From NCBI RefSeq assembly GCF_001306055.1, contig NZ_LGHJ01000002.1, forward strand, positions 1 to 32,000: DNA of 32,000 nucleotides, given 5' to 3'. Below are positions 23,591 through 32,000 of this stretch, one piece after another. The DNA comes from Bellilinea caldifistulae (GTDB lineage: Bacteria > Chloroflexota > Anaerolineae > Anaerolineales > Anaerolineaceae). The first letter of the stretch is position 1. Every line of letters starts with the position of its first letter. Under the pieces are notes generated by a model, which was not told the origin of the DNA, did no database searches, and saw only the letters and a list, made by a program, of their open reading frames with translations. Made by a program: the position numbers and the translations under genes.

Positions 23591-25050
23591 GCGGCGTGCC
23601 TTTCGATCACCTCGCGTAAGGTCGGGTCAATCTGGTTGATCACCGCCGGGATTTGAGCCGGCGGTACATAGTACTGAAGCACCTGCCAGAAAGCATCTTC
23701 CAGAATGAAGCGGGCAAAGCGCCACTCACCACTGACCGGCAGGGGCTGGGCAATCGGAATCCACTGCAAGGTCGGCAGCCAGGCCGGGTATTGTTGGCGC
23801 ATTCCTTCCTGCGCCAGCATTGCCGAGGCTGCCCCCAGCGGATAACCTCCGCCAGCCTGGAGCAGAGCCGCCTGAATTTCCGGTTGAGTCATCCAACGGA
23901 TAAACAACCACGCCGCCAGTTCGCGTTCCGGCTGACTGCGCAAAATGCCGTAGGAAAGGCCGCCAACCACCACCACCGGCCGGTCACTCGCCGGGAAGGG
24001 CAGCGCCATCCAGACATCCTGGCTGCCCAAACGCTGCATGGCGGCAGTGAGAATGGGCAGATCCAGCAGCGATGCTGAAAAGTACAGCGCACGCCGCGTG
24101 GCAAAGGCTTCTTCGGGTGGGATGCGCCCGAAAAATGCACAGCCCTCATCCACCATGCCGCGTAAAAACTCGGCTGCTTGGAGGGTCTGCGGTTGATTGA
24201 ACGACAGGCGCGCCGGCTCACCCTGAAGGGGGTTGGCCAGCCCAAATGATTTCAGCCAGGCGTAAATCGTCCAGCCGTCGGTATCCACCATCCAGCCGCC
24301 GCTGCCGTCATTGCTGCCGATGCGGTCGGTGTTGTTGGCCTGGGCTGCGGCGCAGGCGTGTTGCTTAAATTCGGCTGCGCTTTCGGGCGGGCGGCTGAAA
24401 CCCAGTTCCGATGCCCACGTCAGGTTGTAGAAAAAGACGCGCGGGGCGCGCAATGCCGGTATGCCGATTTGCTGACCGTCGGCCTGATCCTGCTGCCAGA
24501 ACACCAGCGGAAAATCGGCGCGGCGTGCCTCGCTCAACCCCCAGCGGGGGTCGAGCAAAAAATCATTCAAGGGGCGGATGCGGTTGCCGTTGGCATGCCA
24601 GTACAGCAGATGTTCCGACGGGGCGACGATCAGGTCGGGTGCAACGGCTTCCGGCGAGGGAGTTTCCAGCCGTTGGGCGGTTGCCATGCTCGAACCACTC
24701 GATTCGGCCAGCACGGTAATCCCCCACTCATTGGTCTGGTTGAACTCGGCTACCGCCTGTTGCAGGGCGGCTGCCAGACTGCCCGTCCACGGGTAAAGCA
24801 GGCGGATTTCCAGCCCGCGCAATTCGGCAAATGGATTGGCTGTGGGTGTGTACGCCGGGGTGGGTGTATCGGTCCGCATGAGGGTGGGCATGACCGGGCG
24901 GGTGCGGGTGATTTGAGGAGTTGCTTCTTCTACCTGCGGCGGCGGTAAAACCGCCGTACAGGCCGCCAGCAGCCAGGTCAGCAGCACCAGCAGGGGGGCT
25001 ACCCTCCGCCGAGCAGGTAAATGATGGAGTAAGCGCCACGGAGCAAGCAT
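23575..25050 (-). CDS. Lipoprotein, probable ABC-transporter solute-binding protein (family 1-like)
   Basis: A signal peptide with lipobox LLAAC and a Pro/Thr linker. The size and Trp/Gly-rich body are typical of sugar-type SBPs. No motif is definitive. Confidence 0.5.
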   Translation of the reverse strand: MLAPWRLLHHLPARRRVAPLLVLLTWLLAACTAVLPPPQVEEATPQITRTRPVMPTLMRTDTPTPAYTPTANPFAELRGLEIRLLYPWTGSLAAALQQAVAEFNQTNEWGITVLAESSGSSMATAQRLETPSPEAVAPDLIVAPSEHLLYWHANGNRIRPLNDFLLDPRWGLSEARRADFPLVFWQQDQADGQQIGIPALRAPRVFFYNLTWASELGFSRPPESAAEFKQHACAAAQANNTDRIGSNDGSGGWMVDTDGWTIYAWLKSFGLANPLQGEPARLSFNQPQTLQAAEFLRGMVDEGCAFFGRIPPEEAFATRRALYFSASLLDLPILTAAMQRLGSQDVWMALPFPASDRPVVVVGGLSYGILRSQPERELAAWLFIRWMTQPEIQAALLQAGGGYPLGAASAMLAQEGMRQQYPAWLPTLQWIPIAQPLPVSGEWRFARFILEDAFWQVLQYYVPPAQIPAVINQIDPTLREVIERHAAQTSP

Positions 25051-25676
25051 CAGTCAAAATCGGTGGGCAGGTGCGGGTTGCGGTAATGCTCGAACAGACG
25101 GCGGATTTCCGGCAGGGTGGTGCGTGCCACCGAAAGCGGCGGGATTTCATCCTCACCAAAAAAGGCCGCTCCGCCGGTTTCGATGCTCTCGGCCGGTTGC
25201 CCACCGGTCAACTCACAGATGAAGAAGAGTTTATACAGGTGAAAAATGTAGGGTGGATGGCCGTTCTTGGGGGCGTTGCGATCCACCAGCATGGCCAGTT
25301 TAACGGCGCGGCATTGGTAACCGGATTCTTCGAACACCTCGCGCTCGACTGCACTGCGCGGCGATTCGCCCACATCAACCCAGCCGCCGGGTAACGTCCA
25401 GCCGCCGTCGGCTTTTTCCAGCACCATCAGCAGTTTACCGTCCTGAAAGACCGCCCCGCGCGCATCCAATTTGGGGGTGGCGTAACCGGCTTCGGCGGCA
25501 AAGATGCGTTCGAGCGTCTCAAATTCGGTTTGGCCGTATTCTGCCATCAGGCGGGCTGCCAGCCGGCGCAGGGCGTTAAACCGTTCAATATCGAATGGAT
25601 TGGTCGAATACGCCAGCCCATCCTGTGCCAGCGCCTGAATTTGCTGTACCCAGCCCAGCCAGCGAGGTTCGGTCAT
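25050..25676 (-). CDS. NUDIX hydrolase with an N-terminal helical Nudix_N-type domain
   Basis: Nudix box GGWVDVGESPRSAVEREVFEESG. Its stop overlaps the downstream SBP start (ATGA). Confidence 0.85.
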   Translation of the reverse strand: MTEPRWLGWVQQIQALAQDGLAYSTNPFDIERFNALRRLAARLMAEYGQTEFETLERIFAAEAGYATPKLDARGAVFQDGKLLMVLEKADGGWTLPGGWVDVGESPRSAVEREVFEESGYQCRAVKLAMLVDRNAPKNGHPPYIFHLYKLFFICELTGGQPAESIETGGAAFFGEDEIPPLSVARTTLPEIRRLFEHYRNPHLPTDFD

Positions 25677-25727
25677 CGAAAACCCTTTTCCGAGTGGATT
25701 GGGGGTAATTGTAACACGGGTGCAGGC

Positions 25728-27251
25728 TCAGGGTGCCGATTCAAACACGGTCCTGTACACATCCTCTCCGAAACTGGTTTGGAGCGGCTGCCCTTCAAAC
25801 AATTTGTAGGTGCGCCGTCCGCCGCTTTTGCGCTCGGCGCGTAAAAAGAGTGCGTTGGGCAAACCCTGCTTGTAGAAACCATCCGCCAGCGTGAATTGAT
25901 GGGTCACAAAGAATACTTTGATTTTGCGTTCCAGCAGCGCCAGGGTGATCTGGCGGGCAATTTCCGCGCCTTCCCGCTCATTGGTAGCCGCAAATGACTC
26001 GTTGAAAAGGACCAGGGCATGCGGGCGGATGTGATCGGCGATGGCGCTCATCCGGCTCAACTCTTCATCCAGTTTGCCGCTTTTCATGCTGCTGTCTTCG
26101 CGGCGCTTATAGTGGGTGAACACGCCGGAACAAAGGTTTGCCGTGAACTGCTCGGCCGCCACGAACATACCCGACTGCATCATCACTTGCGCCTGCCCGA
26201 TGCTGCGTAAAAAAGTGGACTTACCGCCCTGATTTGGACCGGAAACAATGATGACCCGCTCATTTCCGCTCAATTGAAAGTCATTGGGGACAATGCGAGC
26301 AATCTCACCGCGCAGTTGAATGGCCAGCGCCAGATCGAAAGCCTCGGCTGCCAGCACTTCTTTGCTGCGGATGCTGACGGCGGGAAGGCAGAACTTCAAT
26401 CCGCCTTTCATCAACGGCAGGATGGTTTCCAGGTAGGCCACATAAAACTGCATCTCACGGTCAAAGGTGAGGATGAAATCAGCCATGAACCGGCTATGTT
26501 CAGCGCAAAAGCGATGGAGACGCTCGAACAATTCGGGGTTCAGGCGTGCCACCAGATCGAGAATTTGCGCCTCGACATGATTCATGCTGGACACAATATT
26601 CAGCTTGACCAGATAATCCTTGACTGCGCCTTGTTTGAACTTCTCGAAGGTTTTTTCGACTTCGATGCTGTAATCAGTTTCCCCATCGTAGGGGCGTACT
26701 TTGACGGTGGTATCTTTGATCAGCACGCAGTACCGCACTGTCGAGAGGTCTTTCTTCAACTGCTCGGCTTCGTCCCGCAGGCGCTGAAACTCCGATGAAG
26801 CGGTGTACGCCCCCAAAATCTGCCGGAAAGCCAGCAAGCCTCGGGATTGCAAGTCCGCGCTGCTCAAATCCTGCTCCAATTGCAGGACAGACCGTACATA
26901 CACCAGCGCCGCTTCCAGAAACCATCCTTCGCGATGATTTTGATGGTCAATTTCACTGCTCAGTTTTTGGTAACGGCGCAGAATGACCATTTGGGCGGCA
27001 AAGGTCTGCATTTTGATCAGGGTCGTTTCCGTCATCAAATCGCGCACGATTTCCTGACGAAACCGAATGGTCTCTTCGTCCTGAACGGCGGTGTAATAAT
27101 CGGGTTTCAGGTCATAATCCTGCTTGCTGGCGGTGATCCAATCCACAATCTGATCCAGATTCAGGTCGCGGAAGTAAGCGGGGGGCTGGTCGCGCACGCC
27201 GGCCGCTTTTTGCGGGGAGGGATACAACAATCCAATCGAGTCCATCGTCAT
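25728..27251 (-). CDS. MutS-related ATPase (MutS domain V only; no mismatch-binding or Smr domain)
   Basis: Walker A IIVSGPNQGGKSTFLRSIGQ, Walker B region ALVLFNESFAATNEREG, FFVTHQF, and SFGEDVY near the C-terminus. Confidence 0.8.
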   Translation of the reverse strand: MTMDSIGLLYPSPQKAAGVRDQPPAYFRDLNLDQIVDWITASKQDYDLKPDYYTAVQDEETIRFRQEIVRDLMTETTLIKMQTFAAQMVILRRYQKLSSEIDHQNHREGWFLEAALVYVRSVLQLEQDLSSADLQSRGLLAFRQILGAYTASSEFQRLRDEAEQLKKDLSTVRYCVLIKDTTVKVRPYDGETDYSIEVEKTFEKFKQGAVKDYLVKLNIVSSMNHVEAQILDLVARLNPELFERLHRFCAEHSRFMADFILTFDREMQFYVAYLETILPLMKGGLKFCLPAVSIRSKEVLAAEAFDLALAIQLRGEIARIVPNDFQLSGNERVIIVSGPNQGGKSTFLRSIGQAQVMMQSGMFVAAEQFTANLCSGVFTHYKRREDSSMKSGKLDEELSRMSAIADHIRPHALVLFNESFAATNEREGAEIARQITLALLERKIKVFFVTHQFTLADGFYKQGLPNALFLRAERKSGGRRTYKLFEGQPLQTSFGEDVYRTVFESAP

Positions 27252-27283
27252 ACTTTCACCATACCGGGTTCATCGTAACAAAA

Positions 27284-27316
27284 AGCCTCTACTGATCTGC
27301 CGATTCAGTAGAGGCT
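27284..27316 (-). terminator. Intrinsic-terminator-like hairpin in the leader of the MutS-like gene (candidate attenuator)
   Basis: AGCCTCTACTGA (27284-27295) and TCAGTAGAGGCT (27305-27316) form a perfect 12-bp stem. On the minus strand the stem is followed by TTTTTG, and it ends about 33 nt before the ATG at 27251. Confidence 0.5.
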
Positions 27317-27411
27317 ATCAGTCATTCGACGGTTAAAGCGAGCCTCATCGCTTTTGTGAATTTATTTTATCACAAACCGGTCAGGCATGATAAAATCTGT
27401 GCCAACAGGCT

Positions 27412-29757
27412 ATGGCGTTTACCCCCACTCACACCGACCGCTTGATCAATGTGGTGCTGGCGCTGGCGCAGTACCCCATCCTGAGCGGACGCATCCGCCA
27501 GCAGATGCGCCGCGAGTTGTTCGCGCGCGGCATCATCCAGCCGGCCGACTTTGAAAACGAGGTGCGCCGGTTGGCGATCCTCTCGCAGGAACGCGAAGGC
27601 CTGCGCAACCCGGTCGGCGAAGAACCCGCCGAGGTGTGGGAAATCCGGATCAGCCGCATTCGCGATCACCTGACCGATTTGCGCTTCAGCCAGCACCTGA
27701 CGCTGGACGTGCTGGAAAACATCATCAGCGAAGTGCTGAGTGAACGCGGCATTGACATGGTCGGGTTGATGCTCTCGCTCAACCCGGAAACTGCCCCGCT
27801 GGATCTGGTCTTTGAACAGGCGATGACCATTGAACGCCTGCCGCCGGAGGAGCGCCAGAAGTACGAAGCCCGCCTTCAGGAAACCAAGGTGGTGCTGATT
27901 CGCAGCCTGATCAGCGATCAACTGCGCTACATCAACATTGCCAAGCGCTGGTTTACCATTGATGATTTGCAGCAAATCCGCCGCCACAAAATTGGGCCGG
28001 GGCGCATCGGCGGCAAAGCCGCCGGTATGCTGCTGGCGCACCGCATTTTACGCCAGACCAACTCGCTGGGTGAGGACACCTGCCTGATCACCCCCGATTC
28101 GTACTATGTCGGCGCGGACGTGTTCTACTCGTTCATGTCCATCAACAATCTGTTTCACTGGAATGACCAGAAGTACAAGACCGAAGCCGAGATGCGCGCC
28201 GATTACCCCCAGATTCTGCACGAATTCATGGAGGGGGATTTTCGTCCGGATATTGCTCAACGGCTGGAGGCGCTGTTGGGCGGTGTTGGCAAACATCCGT
28301 TGATCGTGCGTTCGTCCAGCCTGCTGGAGGATAACTTCGGCACGGCTTTTGCCGGAAAATACGAGAGTGTCTTCCTGCCAAATCAGGGCAGTCCGTCCGA
28401 AAACCTGCGCGCTCTGACGAGGGCGATTGCCCGGGTGTATGCCTCCACCCTCAACCCGAACGCCCTGCTCTACCGCCGGGCTCGCGGCCTGCAAGATTAC
28501 GACGAGCGCATGGCAATCCTGATTCAGGTGGTACAGGGCGAACGTTTTGGGCGGTATTTTCTACCGCATGCCGCCGGGGTGGCTTTCAGCCGCAATTTAT
28601 ACCGCTGGGCACCTCAGATCCGCCGTGAGGAAGGTTTTGTCAGGCTGGTGTGGGGGTTGGGCACCCGCGCCGTGGACCGGGTGGGCAACGATTTTCCGCG
28701 CCTGATTGCGCTCAGCCATCCGCTCTTGCGTCCTTCGACCGACCCCAAAGCCATCCGTCGCTATTCCCAACAGTACGTGGACTTGATTGATCTGGAGGAT
28801 AATGCCTTCAAAACCCTGCCGGTGGGGGAGGTGCTGAAGGGAGACTACCCGGTGCTGCGGTATGTAGCTCAGGTGGAGGAAGACGGTTACTTTGCCTCCT
28901 TACGCTCACGCTATCTTGGCGATGGCAAACACCTGGTGTTGACCTTTGAAGAATTGCTGCGCCGCACCCCTTTTGCCGAACGGATGCGTGATCTTCTGCG
29001 CACGCTGGAACGCCATTACGAGGCCCCGGTTGATGTTGAATTCACCCTCTCGATTCACGAAAAGAACGGCGTGCCGGAATTGTGCATCACCATCCTGCAG
29101 TGCCGTCCGCAAAGCCAGTTGCAGGTGACCGCGGCAGCGGCGCTGCCCACCGATTTAGATCCCCAGGATGTCATCTTCAAGACCCATTTTGTGGTGCCCG
29201 AAGGCACGCTGGAGCGGATTGACTACGTGGTTTTTGTGCCGCCGGAGGGCTACTTTGGGCTGGAAAACCTGAACCTGCGCAATGAACTGGCGCGCGCCAT
29301 CGGCCGATTGAACAGCGCGCTGGAAAACGAGCGTTTCATCTGCGTTGGGCCGGGGCGCTGGGGCAGCAGCAATTCCGATTTGGGTGTGCCGATTGATTAC
29401 GGCGACATTTACCATGCCCGTGCGCTGGTCGAACTGGCCGGTCAGGGTTATGGCCTGCCGCCGGAGCCGTCCCTGGGGACTCATTTCTTCCAGGATCTGC
29501 TCGAGTCCCAAATTTACCCGCTGGCCATCTACCTCGATCAGCCCGGCAGCGTTTTTCGGCGCGAATTTTTCTACCACACGCCCGACCGGTTGAGTCAATG
29601 GCTCGAAATCCCGCCGGAGTTGAGCAAAAGCCTGCGTCTGATTCGCGTGGCCGATTATCGCCCCGGTCACCATTTGGAAATTGTGATGAGCGATGAGAAA
29701 GGGGTGGCGGTGGCTTTCCTGCGCGCGGATGAGGACAATCAACCTACGAGATTTTGA
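27412..29757 (+). CDS. PEP/pyruvate-binding (PPDK_N-type ATP-grasp) domain protein
   Basis: IGGKAAGMLLA and VRSSSLLEDNFGTAFAGKYESV match the nucleotide-binding domain of PEP synthase/PPDK-like kinases. I could not see a GGxTxHAA(I/V)VAR swivel-His motif. Confidence 0.72.
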   Translation: MAFTPTHTDRLINVVLALAQYPILSGRIRQQMRRELFARGIIQPADFENEVRRLAILSQEREGLRNPVGEEPAEVWEIRISRIRDHLTDLRFSQHLTLDVLENIISEVLSERGIDMVGLMLSLNPETAPLDLVFEQAMTIERLPPEERQKYEARLQETKVVLIRSLISDQLRYINIAKRWFTIDDLQQIRRHKIGPGRIGGKAAGMLLAHRILRQTNSLGEDTCLITPDSYYVGADVFYSFMSINNLFHWNDQKYKTEAEMRADYPQILHEFMEGDFRPDIAQRLEALLGGVGKHPLIVRSSSLLEDNFGTAFAGKYESVFLPNQGSPSENLRALTRAIARVYASTLNPNALLYRRARGLQDYDERMAILIQVVQGERFGRYFLPHAAGVAFSRNLYRWAPQIRREEGFVRLVWGLGTRAVDRVGNDFPRLIALSHPLLRPSTDPKAIRRYSQQYVDLIDLEDNAFKTLPVGEVLKGDYPVLRYVAQVEEDGYFASLRSRYLGDGKHLVLTFEELLRRTPFAERMRDLLRTLERHYEAPVDVEFTLSIHEKNGVPELCITILQCRPQSQLQVTAAAALPTDLDPQDVIFKTHFVVPEGTLERIDYVVFVPPEGYFGLENLNLRNELARAIGRLNSALENERFICVGPGRWGSSNSDLGVPIDYGDIYHARALVELAGQGYGLPPEPSLGTHFFQDLLESQIYPLAIYLDQPGSVFRREFFYHTPDRLSQWLEIPPELSKSLRLIRVADYRPGHHLEIVMSDEKGVAVAFLRADEDNQPTRF

Positions 29758-30412
29758 AGCTCTCCAGCCCTTCCAGTTCGTTCATCTCGGTGGTAATCAG
29801 TTCGTATAAATCGGTCTTGCGGGAGCGGAAAGAAACCTCCACCTCCAGGCGTTTGTTTTTGATATTTTTACGGATGGAGACGATTTTGGCGTTGAGTTTG
29901 TGCTTTTTCCAGATTTTGTTGATGTCCTTGAGGGCATTCGGACGGTCTTGAAGATGCAATTCCACGGTCACGGCTAAATCGGGGCCGAACAGTTTTTTCT
30001 CGGCCAGATCGAGCAATTCCAGCACCACCAGCAGCAAACCGGTGGCGGCGGCAGCCGGGATGTAGTAACCGGCGCCTACGGCCAGCCCAACGACCGCCAT
30101 AGTCCACAGAGAAGCGGCGGTGGTCAGTCCTTTGACGTTGGGGCCGTAGCGCAAAATGGCGCCGGCGCCCAGAAAACCGATCCCGGAAATGACCTGGGCT
30201 GCCAGACGGGCCGGATCGCCGTTGGGAGCGTATTGGTGGAATTGCATGGCAAGGTTGATTGAAAGGGTCATCGCCAGCGTGGCGCCGACTACCAGGACGA
30301 TGTGCGTGCGCCAGCCGGCCGGCTGGTTTTGTCGTTCGCGCTCGAAGCCGATGACTGCGCCCAGGGCAGTGGCAATCAAAATTCGCACAAGGATATCGGT
30401 TTCACTGATCAT
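29744..30412 (-). CDS. mgtC: MgtC/SapB family membrane protein with a C-terminal ACT-like domain
   Basis: RILIATALGAVIGFERERQNQPAGWRTHIVLVVGATLAM is the MgtC signature. The start is set at ATG 30412 (MISETD), with GGAGA as SD. Confidence 0.85.
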   Translation of the reverse strand: MISETDILVRILIATALGAVIGFERERQNQPAGWRTHIVLVVGATLAMTLSINLAMQFHQYAPNGDPARLAAQVISGIGFLGAGAILRYGPNVKGLTTAASLWTMAVVGLAVGAGYYIPAAAATGLLLVVLELLDLAEKKLFGPDLAVTVELHLQDRPNALKDINKIWKKHKLNAKIVSIRKNIKNKRLEVEVSFRSRKTDLYELITTEMNELEGLESFKIS

Positions 30413-30499
30413 CTGGGTCTCCTGGAGGGAATAGAACAAATATTCTAATAATTTAGAAAACACACCCATCCCCTCCGCTTTGAGTATAGCATAAGCGCT

Positions 30500-30546
30500 G
30501 TTTCACATGAAACATCACCCAAAGTCAGATTCGTTTCACGTGAAAC
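30500..30546. promoter_or_regulatory. Twin palindromic operator-like sites upstream of mgtC
   Basis: GTTTCAcaTGAAAC (30500-30513) and GTTTCAcgTGAAAC (30533-30546) are 33 bp apart centre to centre. The first overlaps the -35 position of a minus-strand extended -10 promoter, TGCTATACT (plus-strand coordinates 30483-30491). Confidence 0.45.
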
Positions 30547-30575
30547 AAAACGGGGCGAGCGCTTGCCCGCCCCGT
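30547..30575 (-). terminator. Rho-independent terminator of the ABC-2 exporter operon
   Basis: The minus strand reads ACGGGGCGGGCAAGCGCTCGCCCCGTTTTGTTT: a GC stem followed by a T-tract, 20 nt after the permease stop. Confidence 0.7.
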
Positions 30576-30594
30576 CGATTCAGCCGGATTTCTG

Positions 30595-31356
30595 TCAGAG
30601 TTCCTGCCGGCGGAAAATGAGCCAGGCTGCCAGCAGCGCCGCCACCAGCATGCCGGTGCTGACCGCCAGACTGCCCCAGTAAGCCGTTTCCGGCTGAATG
30701 AACAGCGTTGCGCTCCATGTCACCAGCTGCGCCGGCAGGTAAACCGCCACCATCTTGCTGATGCCGATCACGCTCAAGCCCAACAATACCGCAAAGGAAA
30801 GCCCGGCCGCCACGGCCTGACTGCGGCTGATGGTGCTGAACAGCAGGGTTAGCCCGGCGTAAACCATCGTGTACAGCCACAACAAGCCGTTCATCGCCAC
30901 CCAGCGGTCAAAGGGCAGGAATTCAAACAGCAGACCGGTGTAATAATAGCCCGCCAGTCCGGAGATCAACAGGCTGAGGGCAAAAACCAGCCCAAACGCA
31001 GCCGCTTTGGCCATTAAGAACGCCCCGCGCGGGAGGGGTTTGCTCAGCACCAGCGCCGCTGTGCCGCGTTCCTTCTCCCCCGAAACCGATCCCATCGGCA
31101 GTAATATGGCAAACAAAATGGCAAATTGGCTCAGATTCTTGATGTACTGACCGATTGCATCCACCACTGTTGGCGGCGGAATCAGTTCGCCGAGTGCTTC
31201 GCCTCCCGGAATGGCACCTAAAATCTGGGGGGTGAAGTAAGCCAGCAACGGCGAAAGCAAACCGAACAGGCTCAGGACGATCACCGTCACCAGCAGGCGG
31301 TAGGTGCGCCACTGCTCCCGCAATTCTTTGGATAGTGCGGCCCAAAACAGGTTCAT
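30595..31356 (-). CDS. ABC-2 type transporter permease
   Basis: A six-helix hydrophobic protein of 253 aa, translationally coupled (ATGA) to the upstream ABC ATPase. Confidence 0.72.
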   Translation of the reverse strand: MNLFWAALSKELREQWRTYRLLVTVIVLSLFGLLSPLLAYFTPQILGAIPGGEALGELIPPPTVVDAIGQYIKNLSQFAILFAILLPMGSVSGEKERGTAALVLSKPLPRGAFLMAKAAAFGLVFALSLLISGLAGYYYTGLLFEFLPFDRWVAMNGLLWLYTMVYAGLTLLFSTISRSQAVAAGLSFAVLLGLSVIGISKMVAVYLPAQLVTWSATLFIQPETAYWGSLAVSTGMLVAALLAAWLIFRRQEL

Positions 31357-32000
31357 CTGTGCACCTCTTCGTTGACCAGATTCAAAAAGACTTCTTCCAG
31401 CGAAGGCTTAACCGCCTCAAACCGCTCCACTGCCAGTCCACTTTCGGCCAGAGCCTGCAGCAACCAGCCGCGGGCATTTTCTACATCCCGAACGCGGATG
31501 CGGACGGCGTTTCCGTCCACCTGTACCTGTTCCACCATGGCTTCCCGGCCAATTTTTTCGGCCCATTCGGTCAGCGGACGGTTACCGTTGGCGGTCACTT
31601 CCACCCGAAAGACCGGCAGGGCATAGGCAGCGGTCAGGTCTTCCTGCCGTGCCACTCGCAGCATGCGCCCTTTGTGAATGATACCGACCGTGTCGCACAC
31701 CCGCTCCACATCCGCCAGGATGTGAGTGGACATGAACACGGTACACTGGCCGCGCAGGCCGGCAATCAATTCCAGCACATCCCGCCGCCCGGCTGGATCC
31801 AGCGCCGAAGCGGGCTCATCCAGAAACAACACCTCCGGCTGATTGACCAGCGCCTGGGCAATTCCCAGCCGCTGGCGCATACCGCGCGAGAAGCCGCGAA
31901 TTCGTCGTTTGCGAACTTCCCACAAGCCAACCTTTTCCAGCAGCTCTTCGGCGCGTTTGCGGCGGGCTGCCCCGCCCAGACCAAACAGCCTGCCAATGTA
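31353..32000 (-). CDS. ABC transporter ATP-binding protein (5' end outside the window)
   Basis: Signature FSRGMRQRLGIAQAL, Walker B VLFLDEPASALDP, H-loop STHIL. The reading frame stays open to nt 32000 (..YIGRLFGLGGAARRKRAEELLEKVGL..). Confidence 0.85.
   Translation of the reverse strand, partial: YIGRLFGLGGAARRKRAEELLEKVGLWEVRKRRIRGFSRGMRQRLGIAQALVNQPEVLFLDEPASALDPAGRRDVLELIAGLRGQCTVFMSTHILADVERVCDTVGIIHKGRMLRVARQEDLTAAYALPVFRVEVTANGNRPLTEWAEKIGREAMVEQVQVDGNAVRIRVRDVENARGWLLQALAESGLAVERFEAVKPSLEEVFLNLVNEEVHR

Overview
This is a high-GC bacterial chromosomal segment. Hand counts of single 60-nt lines in native genes give about 60-72% G+C. It is very tightly packed, with many ATGA/TGATG stop-start overlaps. 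All product calls come from motif recognition in the supplied translations; no homology search was possible. The gene content includes a bacterial Elp3, a CbiM-PDGLE ECF transporter, an NTF2-domain class B PBP and a 36-nt CRISPR repeat ending ATTAAGAC. That is compatible with a Chloroflexota/Anaerolineae-like organism, but this is only an impression.

Most of the window is housekeeping:
- hutI, an HD hydrolase, a REC-only response regulator and maf
- a class B PBP, rsgA, and an L-Ala-D/L-Glu epimerase + NlpC/P60 pair
- a BioF-like PLP enzyme, Elp3, rnhB, a GT2, tRNA-Pro and an esterase
- a Fur-family regulator with cbiM-Q-O
- NUDIX, MgtC and an ABC-2 exporter

Items worth a second look:
1. A 1-kb hairpin-dense non-coding region ending in a 93/94-bp tandem array (397-992).
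2. A cas-less 8-repeat CRISPR array with its own leader promoter (3948-4507).
3. A promoter-to-terminator unit of about 500 nt whose only credible ORF is a 31-aa hydrophobic peptide behind a long leader with an anti-SD element (11914-12441).
4. A divergent Elp3 / Trm9-like methyltransferase pair.
5. A low-GC type II R-M cassette (SPPY amino-MTase + NgoMIV-like nuclease) wedged with zero intergenic DNA between two native genes.
6. A TTGCAA-hexamer operator between a Fur-family gene and a CbiN-less cbiM(PDGLE)QO.
7. A MutS-domain-V ATPase operon preceded by an attenuator-like leader and back-to-back divergent promoters.
8. Twin GTTTCA-N2-TGAAAC palindromes upstream of mgtC.

I cannot point to one clear novel multi-gene system. 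Items 1 and 3 are the least explained by known feature types.
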